32,000 nucleotides of DNA from Pseudoalteromonas tetraodonis (GCF_002310835.1 NZ_CP011041.1:360001-392000), one strand, 5' to 3'; counted from the first letter of the stretch, positions 17,291-26,257 are shown. Notes: generated by a model from the sequence alone, not told the origin. A program made the numbers and translations.

Positions 17291-18034
17291 TTACTCACTT
17301 GTAATTTTGGCAAGATCCGCAGTTTTATATCGTCTTTGCATATGAATACTCGATCTATGAATTAAATTTCTGATAAATGTACTGCGGTTTGAGTGCGAAC
17401 CTGCATTAGCGCTTGTTATTTCACTAATAAAGCTTCGATCTTCGGCAATCGGGTAGGGTTTTATGCCAATCATACTTAGCCCTACTTCTGTGTGAAATTG
17501 CATATCGACATCTACGGGTCTAAAAAATGGTTTTCTTTGCAGTAGTTTTTTAGCCCCACTTAATGAAATGATGTAGCCTTGAGTGCCATTTGGTGCTTTT
17601 TTATAATTACCGACTGTTAGATTATTTTCTAATGGGGCACTGTCAATAAATGGAAAATTTCTGTTGTCAGATAATTTTATTAAATCCCAGTTTTTCAATT
17701 TAATTGCCGCATCAACAACATCTTTAAGCGAAGCCTCAATGAAAAGGTCATCCTCTAATACAACACAAAAAGGCATGTTTTCATTAACCATTTTTTGCCA
17801 AAGGCGCATATGACTTACATAGCAACCAATTTCACCTGCAGATAGATTGCGATTGTAACGTTTTTTATTTTTTTTCGGGCAATACCACTTGAGGGTTTCT
17901 TCTTCACTAAGGTTTTTGCCAATGGTCGCTTCAAAACGTTCAGCATTTAAGTGTAGACTGGTAAGTCGCTTCAGGGTTGTTTCCCAACGGTCTTCGCAGC
18001 CTTGCATATTGATAATGTAAAAAGGGATTGGCAT
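17291..18034 (-). CDS. Glycosyltransferase family 25 (LPS/LOS glycosyltransferase)
   Basis: N-terminal PFYIINMQGCEDR, VVLEDD (DxD-like) and overall ~250-aa size are typical of GT25. GC is lower than in neighbouring genes by hand count. Confidence 0.8.
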   Translation of the reverse strand: MPIPFYIINMQGCEDRWETTLKRLTSLHLNAERFEATIGKNLSEEETLKWYCPKKNKKRYNRNLSAGEIGCYVSHMRLWQKMVNENMPFCVVLEDDLFIEASLKDVVDAAIKLKNWDLIKLSDNRNFPFIDSAPLENNLTVGNYKKAPNGTQGYIISLSGAKKLLQRKPFFRPVDVDMQFHTEVGLSMIGIKPYPIAEDRSFISEITSANAGSHSNRSTFIRNLIHRSSIHMQRRYKTADLAKITSE

Positions 18035-18104
18035 AATTTTATTTTATTTAGAAACCTCAAAGCAGCTATTTTAGCATTATTATAATTTGTAACCAGTCTA
18101 AATT

Positions 18105-18118
18105 CTGTTTATAAACAG
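18105..18118. promoter_or_regulatory. Perfect 14-bp palindrome CTGTTTATAAACAG (candidate operator)
   Basis: It lies in the 131-bp divergent region between the GT25 gene and sseA, 47 nt upstream of the sseA ATG. Confidence 0.35.
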
Positions 18119-18165
18119 GCTGTAATAATATATAGCTATTTCATTTCCTCAAATTTGGAAAGACG

Positions 18166-18996
18166 ATGAAAAACATGGTCAGTGCACAATGGTTACATGC
18201 TCGCTTAGAGCAAGCTAACCTGGTTATTTTTGATGCGGGTATGTTACGTCCCTCAGCTGCGGGGGAGTACTCACCCGTTGCCATGCTTCCTAAAGCACAA
18301 CGGTTTGATATCAAAAAAGAACTCGCAGATACCTCAAACCCATTGCCTAATACCTTGTGTAGTGCAGAACAATTTACTCAAGTGATGCAAAAAGCGGGAG
18401 TGAATCACGATTCACTTGTGGTGATTTATGAAGATGCAGGGTTATTCAGTGCAGCTAGAGCTTGGTGGATGTTTAAAGCTATGGGGTTTGATAACGTAAA
18501 AGTCCTCAGTGGCGGTTTAGCCAAGTGGGTTGAACTCGGGCTTCCGATTGAATCAAACTATACACAAGCATCATTAAAAGGCGATTTTATCGCTCAATAC
18601 CGGCCTGATTACTTTATTGACAAAAAACAGGTGCTAAGTGCTACTGAGGATGCCAATACAGTTATTTTAGATGCACGCGCTTATGAGCGCTTTACCGGCA
18701 AAAGTAGTGAGCCAAGAGCCGGAATGCGCAGCGGCCATATTATTAATAGCTATTCGCTACCTTTAACTAGTCTATTAGAAAATGGCGAGGCAAAATCACT
18801 CGACTTTATAAAGGCAAAGTTTAATGAATTAGTTGGTAATGCAACCCACTTACAATTTAGCTGTGGCTCTGGCGTTACTGCCTGTGCGCTTGCGCTGTTT
18901 GCCGATGAATGCGGCTATAGTAATTTAAGTGTGTACGATGGCTCGTGGAGTGAATGGGGCGCTGATAACTCACTGCCTATTGCTGTGGGTGGCTAA
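18166..18996 (+). CDS. sseA: 3-mercaptopyruvate sulfurtransferase (tandem rhodanese)
   Basis: Two rhodanese domains. The active-site loop CGSGVTAC is of the 3-MST type. The conserved RF-GK and SEPRAG elements are present. Confidence 0.85.
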   Translation: MKNMVSAQWLHARLEQANLVIFDAGMLRPSAAGEYSPVAMLPKAQRFDIKKELADTSNPLPNTLCSAEQFTQVMQKAGVNHDSLVVIYEDAGLFSAARAWWMFKAMGFDNVKVLSGGLAKWVELGLPIESNYTQASLKGDFIAQYRPDYFIDKKQVLSATEDANTVILDARAYERFTGKSSEPRAGMRSGHIINSYSLPLTSLLENGEAKSLDFIKAKFNELVGNATHLQFSCGSGVTACALALFADECGYSNLSVYDGSWSEWGADNSLPIAVGG

Positions 18997-18997
18997 T

Positions 18998-19348
18998 TTA
19001 ACTATAAGGGCAATTTTTACAACCATTTTTGCAGCAAGTACCACGCTTTAAAAAATACCACTTACTAAACACCATGTAATTGTTCTGCATGGTGTAATCT
19101 AACCCTTCAATTAAATTATCATTACTTCTAAATTGTTTAGCGAAAGCTATTTGGGTTTTAATTGGCTGGGTATATATAGTTTCTAAATAGTAATTAATTT
19201 TAGCAAGAGTACATGATCGGCATAAGCAGCTGGTTGCTGTATCATCGAGTGGTAAAATAGCGGGTAACTGATAACACCAACATGTGGTTATATCATTAAC
19301 ATTACAGTTAAGCGTTGTATTACATTGGCTGCAGTTTATCTGGGTCAT
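18998..19348 (-). CDS. Cysteine-rich CWC-type protein with a DUF5522-like C-terminal part
   Basis: MTQINCSQCNTTLNCNVNDITTCWCYQLP (CWC motif), then C-terminal FLKRGTCCKNGCKNCPY. I prefer the start at 19348; in-frame upstream ATGs at 19390 and 19483 are possible. Confidence 0.55.
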   Translation of the reverse strand: MTQINCSQCNTTLNCNVNDITTCWCYQLPAILPLDDTATSCLCRSCTLAKINYYLETIYTQPIKTQIAFAKQFRSNDNLIEGLDYTMQNNYMVFSKWYFLKRGTCCKNGCKNCPYS

Positions 19349-19391
19349 TTTAGGTCTTATTAACAGTAGAGCAGCAAGAATAACAAACATT

Positions 19392-19718
19392 ATGAATATA
19401 CAAAAAGCATTGGCTGAATTTATTACTTTTGGTGAGCATAGAGACGAAGCAATCTCAGTAATAGTGTCAAGCTCTGCGCACAATGCTAAGCCACTTTATA
19501 AGTTAACGACACCCGTATTGATTGATGTGCTTAAGCGCTGTGTAAGTAATGAAATAGATCTCGATGATCTCGCGCTTTGGGCCAACGTCATTGAATCAAG
19601 AGCAGATATAGATAGCGCTGAGCATGAAGGGGTTATTTATGCGCTGAGTAATAGCGAGCAAATGGGCGAGTTTAGCCACAAAAAGCTTGAACAATTATTA
19701 GCATTATTAAAGGACTAG
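19392..19718 (+). CDS. Hypothetical protein (108 aa)
   Basis: ORF from the ATG at 19392 (MNIQKALAEFITFGEH...). The upstream part of the tracked ORF overlaps the divergent gene. No family recognised and no clear SD. Confidence 0.4.
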   Translation: MNIQKALAEFITFGEHRDEAISVIVSSSAHNAKPLYKLTTPVLIDVLKRCVSNEIDLDDLALWANVIESRADIDSAEHEGVIYALSNSEQMGEFSHKKLEQLLALLKD

Positions 19719-19779
19719 ATTTAGGCTAACTCAACTCTTTTAGATGCGAGCTTACTGCGGTTTTATGTAACGGATAAAT

Positions 19780-19820
19780 AATACTAAGCCGCATTTAAGT
19801 TAAATCCGGCTTAGTATTTT
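19780..19820. terminator. Bidirectional Rho-independent terminator between the hypothetical gene and fbp
   Basis: 12-bp arms AATACTAAGCCG / CGGCTTAGTATT with an AT-rich apical extension (ATTT..AAAT). TTTT follows on the plus strand and an A-rich 5' flank gives U-tracts on the minus strand. Confidence 0.7.
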
Positions 19821-19836
19821 CTGACAACTGACAACT
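19821..19836. repeat. CTGACAA CTGACAA CT box next to the terminator hairpin
   Basis: Tandem heptamer. The 11-mer AACTGACAACT (19826-19836) recurs exactly at 31477-31487, and a 9/10 match (CTGATAACTT) is at 26300-26309. Confidence 0.45.
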
Positions 19837-19839
19837 TGT

Positions 19840-20808
19840 TTACTTATGATAGCTCAAGCAAGTTTCTACTTCGTCTTTAGAGCCTAAAATAACCGCAACA
19901 CGCTGATGGATGGCATCAGGCTGAATATCCATAATACGCTCAGTGCCTGTTGAAGCAATACCACCTGCTTGCTCTACTAGCATTGCCATTGGGTTTGCTT
20001 CATAAAGTAAACGCAGTTTATTAGGCTTATTAGGATCTTTAGTATCAGTTGGGTAAGTAAATAAGCCACCACGGCTAAGTACACGGTGTACATCGCCAAC
20101 CATTGCAGCAATCCAACGCATATTGAAGTTTTGAGCACGAGGGCCTGTATCTCCGGCAAGTAAATCATTAATGTAGTTTTGCATCGCCGGTTCCCAGTGG
20201 CGCTGGTTTGAGGCATTAATTGCAAACTCATTGGTTTTAGCAGGAATAGCGGCAAAATCTTGGGTAAGTAAAAAGCTACCTTGGGTTTTATCTAAGGTAA
20301 ACATGCGTGTACCTTTACCCGTTGTTAGCGCAAGCATAGTTGATGGGCCATACAGTACGTAACCTGCAGCTACTTGTTGATGCCCAGGTTGCATAAAAAT
20401 CTTTTCATCAGCAGCATCTGAGCCCACCGGCGCTTTCATAATAGAAAATATAGTGCCTACTAGCGAGTTAATATCGGTGTTTGACGAGCCATCAAGTGGG
20501 TCAAATGCAACAATGTACTCAGCATCTGGGTTACCGGCAACGGTATAATCTTCTTCTTCAGAGGCGATTGCTTTAACTGTGCCTGACTCCAGCAATATAT
20601 CTTTTAATAACTGATTAGACAGTACATCGAGTTTCTTTTGTGTTTCGCCTTGAATGTTTTCATCGAGGGTTGAGCCTAATACGCCCGATAATTCACCTTG
20701 ACCGACGCGAAATGAAATTTCTTTACATGCCGCTAAAATAGTACGAATTAACGACAAAAGTTCTCTTGAACAGCCATCTTCTAGTAATACTGGTGGGAGT
20801 CTACGCAT
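19840..20808 (-). CDS. fbp: Fructose-1,6-bisphosphatase class 1
   Basis: It aligns by eye with E. coli Fbp: [46 protein letters not shown]. Confidence 0.95.
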   Translation of the reverse strand: MRRLPPVLLEDGCSRELLSLIRTILAACKEISFRVGQGELSGVLGSTLDENIQGETQKKLDVLSNQLLKDILLESGTVKAIASEEEDYTVAGNPDAEYIVAFDPLDGSSNTDINSLVGTIFSIMKAPVGSDAADEKIFMQPGHQQVAAGYVLYGPSTMLALTTGKGTRMFTLDKTQGSFLLTQDFAAIPAKTNEFAINASNQRHWEPAMQNYINDLLAGDTGPRAQNFNMRWIAAMVGDVHRVLSRGGLFTYPTDTKDPNKPNKLRLLYEANPMAMLVEQAGGIASTGTERIMDIQPDAIHQRVAVILGSKDEVETCLSYHK

Positions 20809-20831
20809 TCTTTTTTCCTGATAACGTGTTA

Positions 20832-20862
20832 AAACTAATCATAATGTGAGAGAGATTAGTTT
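20832..20862. promoter_or_regulatory. 9-bp inverted repeat AAACTAATC-N13-GATTAGTTT in the fbp leader/promoter region
   Basis: It lies 24-54 nt upstream of the fbp start codon on the minus strand. It could be an operator or a 5'-UTR hairpin. Confidence 0.3.
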
Positions 20863-20962
20863 AGAGCGCTGAAATTCGTCTTAAATAACTGTATTGTATA
20901 AATAACCCCCTATAATGGGATACCTACATCGCATTTAAAACGCTAATAACAAAGATAAGATT

Positions 20963-23392
20963 ATGCAAAAAATATCACGATTAAGTTACATACTCTTTAC
21001 TGTGCTGCTCTGTATGATAACCCAAGCGCACGCAGCAATTAAGTCTATTGACGAATTTACTGAAAAAATGAACCATTTCCCGGGTTATTTTTCTTTCTTT
21101 TACGATACGCAAAACGGCAATGTGTATTTAAAGGTTGATAAACTTGAACAACAATTTTTATTACAACACAGCTTACCTTATGGAGTAGGGTCTAACGATA
21201 TTGGTTTAGATAGAGGCCAATTAGGCGGTACTTATTTGGTACAGTTTGAGCGCTTTGGCAATAAGGTTATGTTGCGCGCTGTAAATACTTACTACCGTGC
21301 AAACACAAGTAATCTAGCAGAGCAGCAAAGCGTTAAAGAAGCGTTTGCATCCAGTATTTTGGCGGGTTTTAAAGTTGTCGCGCAAGATGATAATGCTGCA
21401 TTAATTGATTACACCCCCTATTTACTAAGCGATGTACATGGCGTAAGCCGTACTTTAGCTGCGCGCAAGCAAGGGCAGTTTAGCCTTGATGAGTCACGCA
21501 GTGCGGTATTTATGAATCGCTCAAAAGCATTTGTAAAAAATACTGAACTTGAAGCCATTCTCACCTTTAAAGGGTCTAAACCAGGTGAATATGTGCGCCA
21601 AGTGAGTGCTGATCCATACGCGCTAACCGTGCATATGCACCATTCATTAATCAAATTGCCTGATGACAATTACACGCCACGTAAATTCAGCCCGCAATCG
21701 GGTTATTGGAGTGTGGAGCATAAAAATTATGCAGCAGGGCTCGATGAGTCTATGTATGTGCGTTACATTCCACGCCATCGGTTAATAAAAAAAGATCCGA
21801 GTCTGGCTGTAAGTGAACCGGTCGAACCCATTGTGTATTACTTAGACCCTGGCGTACCTGAACCAGTAAAAACGGCTTTATTAGAAGGCGGGCAATGGTG
21901 GAATGATGCCTTTAATGCAGCAGGATATAAAAATGCATTTGAAGTTAAAGTGCTACCAGATAATGCTGATCCTATGGATGTGCGCTACAACGTTATTCAA
22001 TGGGTGCATCGCGCAACTCGTGGTTGGTCTTATGGCAGTTCAATTATAGACCCACGTACAGGCGAAATTATTAAAGGCCATGTCACACTAGGATCGCTAC
22101 GAGTACGCCAAGATATTTTAATTGCTGAATCACTGGCAGCGCCTTATTTAAAAGGCAATGAAGTGGCAAGCACTTTACATGCAATGGCACTTGATCGTAT
22201 TCGTCAACTCAGTGCTCACGAAATTGGTCATACACTGGGTATTGCGCACAACTTTGCTGCGTCAGTAAATAATCGAGCTTCGGTGATGGATTATCCACAT
22301 CCGTTATTGAGCTTTGCAGATAATGGTCAGTTAGACGTATCTCAAGGTTATGCTAAAGGTATGGGCGCATGGGATACCCAAGTGGTCAAATATGGCTACA
22401 GTGATTTTACCGGACAAGATGAAAGCGCAGCACTCGCTGCTATTTTACAGCAAAATAAAGCGCAAGGTTTGGCGTTTATTTCTGACAGTGATGCCCGTGC
22501 CAAAGGTGGGGCGCACCCTACAGCGCACCTTTGGGATAACGGCAGTAATCCAAGTGAAGAATTACTTAGAGTGCTTGATGTACGAAAGCAGGCGCTTGGG
22601 CAGTTTGGTATTAATAATATAAAAACTGGGGTTGCGCTATCGCAATTGGAAGAAAAGCTAGTACCACTTTATTTGTTCCACCGTTATCAAGTTGAAGCGG
22701 TTGCTAAGCTTATCGCGGGCGTTGATTATGACTATGAGATACGCAGTGATGCACCCGTTAAAGGCGCCCAAGTTGTAACTAAAGAGGCTCAACAACAAGC
22801 GGTTAATGCCATTTTAGTGACCCTAAAAGCAAGCAACTTAACGCTTCCAGAGTCGATACTTTCCTTAATCGTACCTAAAGCGTATGGCGAGTCTAAATCA
22901 CGAGAAAGTATAGTGGGGCGTACCGGCTTAACTATGGATGCACTTGCATTACCTGAAGTCGCTGCGCAGCATAGCTTATCGCTATTACTTAATGCTCAAC
23001 GATTAAATCGTTTAGCACAGCAACAAGCACGTGATAACCGCTTTTATGGCTTAGATGAGCTGCTTAAACAATTATATAAGCAGGTGTTTAATGTATCAGC
23101 GCCTGCCACTATGACAGGAAAAGTAACGCAACGAGTACAGTACTTAACGGCAAAAACTATGGCTGATCTTGTCGCTAGCCAAACACTAAGTCCAGAGGTG
23201 CAAGCGCAACTGCATTTTTACCTAAATAAACTAGCGGATGAGTTTAATCAACACTCTTTACTGAGCCATCCTGAAGTAGGTGACAGCGCATTTAAAGACT
23301 ATTTAGCGGCGCAAATTAATCAGTTTTTAACAACAGGCCAGTGGCCTGATAACTTTAAAGCGTTACCCATACCACCAGGCTCACCTATTTAA
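20963..23392 (+). CDS. Secreted zinc-dependent metalloprotease (DUF5117/DUF4953-type)
   Basis: Signal peptide (ITQAHA/AI). Zincin motif HEIGHTLGIAHNF plus SVMDYP. The ~800-aa size is typical of this family. Confidence 0.8.
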   Translation: MQKISRLSYILFTVLLCMITQAHAAIKSIDEFTEKMNHFPGYFSFFYDTQNGNVYLKVDKLEQQFLLQHSLPYGVGSNDIGLDRGQLGGTYLVQFERFGNKVMLRAVNTYYRANTSNLAEQQSVKEAFASSILAGFKVVAQDDNAALIDYTPYLLSDVHGVSRTLAARKQGQFSLDESRSAVFMNRSKAFVKNTELEAILTFKGSKPGEYVRQVSADPYALTVHMHHSLIKLPDDNYTPRKFSPQSGYWSVEHKNYAAGLDESMYVRYIPRHRLIKKDPSLAVSEPVEPIVYYLDPGVPEPVKTALLEGGQWWNDAFNAAGYKNAFEVKVLPDNADPMDVRYNVIQWVHRATRGWSYGSSIIDPRTGEIIKGHVTLGSLRVRQDILIAESLAAPYLKGNEVASTLHAMALDRIRQLSAHEIGHTLGIAHNFAASVNNRASVMDYPHPLLSFADNGQLDVSQGYAKGMGAWDTQVVKYGYSDFTGQDESAALAAILQQNKAQGLAFISDSDARAKGGAHPTAHLWDNGSNPSEELLRVLDVRKQALGQFGINNIKTGVALSQLEEKLVPLYLFHRYQVEAVAKLIAGVDYDYEIRSDAPVKGAQVVTKEAQQQAVNAILVTLKASNLTLPESILSLIVPKAYGESKSRESIVGRTGLTMDALALPEVAAQHSLSLLLNAQRLNRLAQQQARDNRFYGLDELLKQLYKQVFNVSAPATMTGKVTQRVQYLTAKTMADLVASQTLSPEVQAQLHFYLNKLADEFNQHSLLSHPEVGDSAFKDYLAAQINQFLTTGQWPDNFKALPIPPGSPI

Positions 23393-23411
23393 TAGTACAA
23401 GCCAGAGGATA

Positions 23412-23453
23412 AAGGCGCTGTATAAACGTTACGTTTCATGGTGCCTTGTTTTT
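23412..23453 (+). terminator. Probable Rho-independent terminator after the metalloprotease gene
   Basis: Composite hairpin with outer arms AAGGCGC / GGTGCCTT (one G.U) and inner arms AAACG-TTA-CGTTT, followed by TTGTTTTT. Confidence 0.5.
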
Positions 23454-23531
23454 AGGGTGTTACTTTTGCTTGCATAAAGTTGGTTTTTTGTTAATCTAGC
23501 CACCCCCTATTTTAGTCTTTTTGAGGTGTTT

Positions 23532-24305
23532 ATGGCGTTTTTATCTCGTTCGATATTGGCGTTATCAATGGCACTTTTAAGCTGCAATGCAATCGCACAA
23601 AAGCAATGTGATGTTGAACTTCGTCATGGTTTAATTATTACCGATGATGTGATCCGTATTGTTGATAAAGGCCAAACTAGGGTGCAAATTAACAATAATA
23701 ATCAACTGTTTATTCGAGGCTACTGGGTCGATTTAAGTACCGACGAAAGTAAAGTGCTAGAACAATTTAGCAATGGTATTCGTCAAACGGTTCCTGAGCT
23801 AGTCGATTTAGCGACTGATGGTGTAAACCTGGGACTCAGTGCTATTGAGCATGTTGTTGAGGGCATGTCAGATAAAGAACCCGAAGTACTAAAAACGCAA
23901 TTACAATATGTAGAGCGTGCACTTATGGATAAGTTTAAGCGTGGCGACGACTTCTTTTTTATAGCCCCTCAATCGCTTTCCCAAATTGATGATTTTTTTA
24001 CTAAAGAAATTAGCCAAAAAATACACTCTGCAGTACATGGCTCTTTGGGTGCTATTTTAATGTCGCTCGGGGATGCGTTTAAATCTCGAGAAGGCAATAT
24101 AGAAGACCGCATGAACGACATGGGGCAACGCATGGATATCATTACCAAAGAAATCGATAAGTCGTTGCAGAAAAAAGCCCACCAATTAGAACTTAAAGCT
24201 TCTGAATACTGTGAATGCTTAAATTCTCTAGATATTACTGAGTCTCGTCTGCAAGCGATTGTACCCGGAATGACAGACTTTGATTTAGTACAAATTAAAT
24301 CGTAA
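23532..24305 (+). CDS. DUF2884-family (YggN-like) periplasmic protein
   Basis: The ATG at 23532 is preceded by GAGG-N5. It has a signal peptide. QKQCDVELRHGLIITDDVIRIV...LFIRGYWVDLSTDESKVLEQF resembles the YggN/DUF2884 pattern from memory. Confidence 0.65.
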   Translation: MAFLSRSILALSMALLSCNAIAQKQCDVELRHGLIITDDVIRIVDKGQTRVQINNNNQLFIRGYWVDLSTDESKVLEQFSNGIRQTVPELVDLATDGVNLGLSAIEHVVEGMSDKEPEVLKTQLQYVERALMDKFKRGDDFFFIAPQSLSQIDDFFTKEISQKIHSAVHGSLGAILMSLGDAFKSREGNIEDRMNDMGQRMDIITKEIDKSLQKKAHQLELKASEYCECLNSLDITESRLQAIVPGMTDFDLVQIKS

Positions 24306-24380
24306 GAGCAGGTTTTAGACGCCAGGTTTCAGAAAGGGCTGCGGTCAGTTTGAAGCTGTTTTCCTAATACCTAAACAGCC

Positions 24381-25088
24381 TTACAGTTTTATCTCTGCGG
24401 CGGTTAGTGGGCGGTATTCACCTGCAGCCAGATCTTCACCTAACTTTATACCCGCAATTTGTTCACGATGTAATTCAACTACCTTGTTATCTACCGCTGC
24501 TAGCATACGTTTTACTTGGTGATACTTACCCTCAGAAATAGACAAGCGTAAACCATAATTCCCTAAGCGCTCAGCAATAGCCGGGCGAGTTAAATCTTTT
24601 TCATTGTGAAGCTGCACACCGTCGCGTAATTGCTGCAGTGCAGCATCGGTAATCGGCTCTTGAGTTTCAACCAAGTAGGTTTTAAATTTATTCTTTTTAG
24701 GCGAGGTAATTTTGTGTGACCAGTCGCCATCGTTAGTAATAAGCACTAGGCCTGTCGTGTCTATGTCTAAACGCCCAGCAACATGGAAATCGCTCAAATT
24801 TGGCTCATCGAGTAAGTCAAATACGGTTTTGTGTAACTCATCCGAATTAGCGCACACATAACCTACCGGCTTATTGAGCATAAAGTAGCGTTTACCTAAA
24901 AAAACTAATGGCTCGTCATAAAACAGCACGTCATCTTGTTGGCTAACTTGAAAGTCGAATGCAGTGATCACCTCACCATTTACGGTTGCCGCCTGACTTT
25001 TTATTGCCGCACGGGCTTTTGAGCGCGGTAATTCTGCTAAATGGCTAATAAATTTATCTAAACGGCAAGGAAATTTCATGTTGTTCAC
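24381..25088 (-). CDS. rsuA: 16S rRNA pseudouridine(516) synthase
   Basis: S4-like N-terminus (RLDKFISH) and catalytic GRLDIDTTGLVLITNDG. The ~231-aa size fits. The true start may be the ATG at 25079 rather than the GTG at 25088. Confidence 0.9.
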   Translation of the reverse strand: MNNMKFPCRLDKFISHLAELPRSKARAAIKSQAATVNGEVITAFDFQVSQQDDVLFYDEPLVFLGKRYFMLNKPVGYVCANSDELHKTVFDLLDEPNLSDFHVAGRLDIDTTGLVLITNDGDWSHKITSPKKNKFKTYLVETQEPITDAALQQLRDGVQLHNEKDLTRPAIAERLGNYGLRLSISEGKYHQVKRMLAAVDNKVVELHREQIAGIKLGEDLAAGEYRPLTAAEIKL

Positions 25089-25137
25089 ATTTTTAGTCGG
25101 CTACAATGGCCGCGAGTATAGCGGATAGTGAAATACC

Positions 25138-26247
25138 ATGACAGAGCCCAGCACAGAAATTTTAAGCCTGTACCACCGCAAAGTTTCATCAGGAGAGCTT
25201 GTTTTTGATGCGGCGCAGCACCAAGCCGTGAGTGCGTTACAGTCTTTGAGTGAGCAATTAAATCAGCCAACAAGCTGGTGGCAAAAAGCACGGTTAATCA
25301 AAGGGGTATATTTATACGGTCCTGTTGGCCGAGGTAAATCTATGCTAATGGATTTATTTTATAAAAACTTACCCACAGAAAAAAAGCAGCGCCTGCATTT
25401 TCATCACTTTATTGAAAAAATTCATGCTCAATTGGCCAAGTTACAAGGGGATAAAAATCCGCTACAAATAATAGCTAAACAGTGGGCCAAAGAGATAAAG
25501 GTACTGTGCTTTGATGAGTTTTTTGTTAGTGATATTGGTGATGCCATGATCATGGCTCGGTTATTTAACGCTTTGTTTGAACAAGGCGTGGTACTAGTCG
25601 CAACCTCTAACGCAAAACCCGAGCAACTTTATTACAACGGTTTGCAACGCGCGCGATTTTTACCAACTATCGATTTAATAAATGCGCATTGTCATGTAAT
25701 TAACGTAGCGGGGGAGGAAGACCACCGCTTCAGGTACGGTAGAAGCAGTCGTCATTATTTTATTAACTTGCCCCACGCGGAATTTGAGGCTGGGTTTTTA
25801 TCCGCATACCCTCAAGCAACGCGTGATAATACAATGACTGTGCATGGTCGAGCACTTCCCTATTTATTAAAAACTAACGATGCACTACTGATTGATTTTA
25901 TGGCACTGTGCGCAGGTCCTCGCAGCGCCAATGACTATATGTTTTTAGCAGAACAGTTTTCGGTAGTATATATCGCGAATGTGCCAATAATGGGCAAAGA
26001 AGCAACCGGTAAGGTTATTGTGCATGGTATAGAAGATAGCTATCAGCGAGAAAAGCAGCAATTGGATGAGCATACGCTCGATGATGAAGCACGGCGTTTT
26101 ATTGCCTTAGTCGATGAGTTTTACGATTGCCACAAATTACTAGTAATTAATGCCCAGGCCGACATAAACGAGTTATACCAAGGTAAAAAGTTATGTTTTG
26201 AATATGCGCGAACCCAGTCACGGATTGTAGAAATGCAAAATTGGTAA
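25138..26247 (+). CDS. zapE: Cell division protein ZapE (AFG1-family ATPase)
   Basis: Walker A GPVGRGKS, Walker B VLCFDEFFVSDIGDAM, and a C-terminal AFG1-like region. Confidence 0.9.
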   Translation: MTEPSTEILSLYHRKVSSGELVFDAAQHQAVSALQSLSEQLNQPTSWWQKARLIKGVYLYGPVGRGKSMLMDLFYKNLPTEKKQRLHFHHFIEKIHAQLAKLQGDKNPLQIIAKQWAKEIKVLCFDEFFVSDIGDAMIMARLFNALFEQGVVLVATSNAKPEQLYYNGLQRARFLPTIDLINAHCHVINVAGEEDHRFRYGRSSRHYFINLPHAEFEAGFLSAYPQATRDNTMTVHGRALPYLLKTNDALLIDFMALCAGPRSANDYMFLAEQFSVVYIANVPIMGKEATGKVIVHGIEDSYQREKQQLDEHTLDDEARRFIALVDEFYDCHKLLVINAQADINELYQGKKLCFEYARTQSRIVEMQNW

Positions 26248-26257
26248 GTACAACATT

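Noticed and set aside
18105-18118. LexA/SOS box reading of CTGTTTATAAACAG
   Set aside because: The gammaproteobacterial SOS box is CTGT-N8-ACAG (16 bp). This site has a 6-nt spacer. I keep it only as an unassigned operator candidate.
20868-20880. Cra/FruR site (GCTGAAATTCGTC) upstream of fbp
   Set aside because: Only the TGAAA half-site matches. The second half is not symmetric.
24355-24379. Hairpin GCTGTTT-N11-AAACAGC between the DUF2884 gene and rsuA as a terminator
   Set aside because: The stem is only 7 bp, the loop is large, and there is no U-tract on either strand. This is too weak to call.
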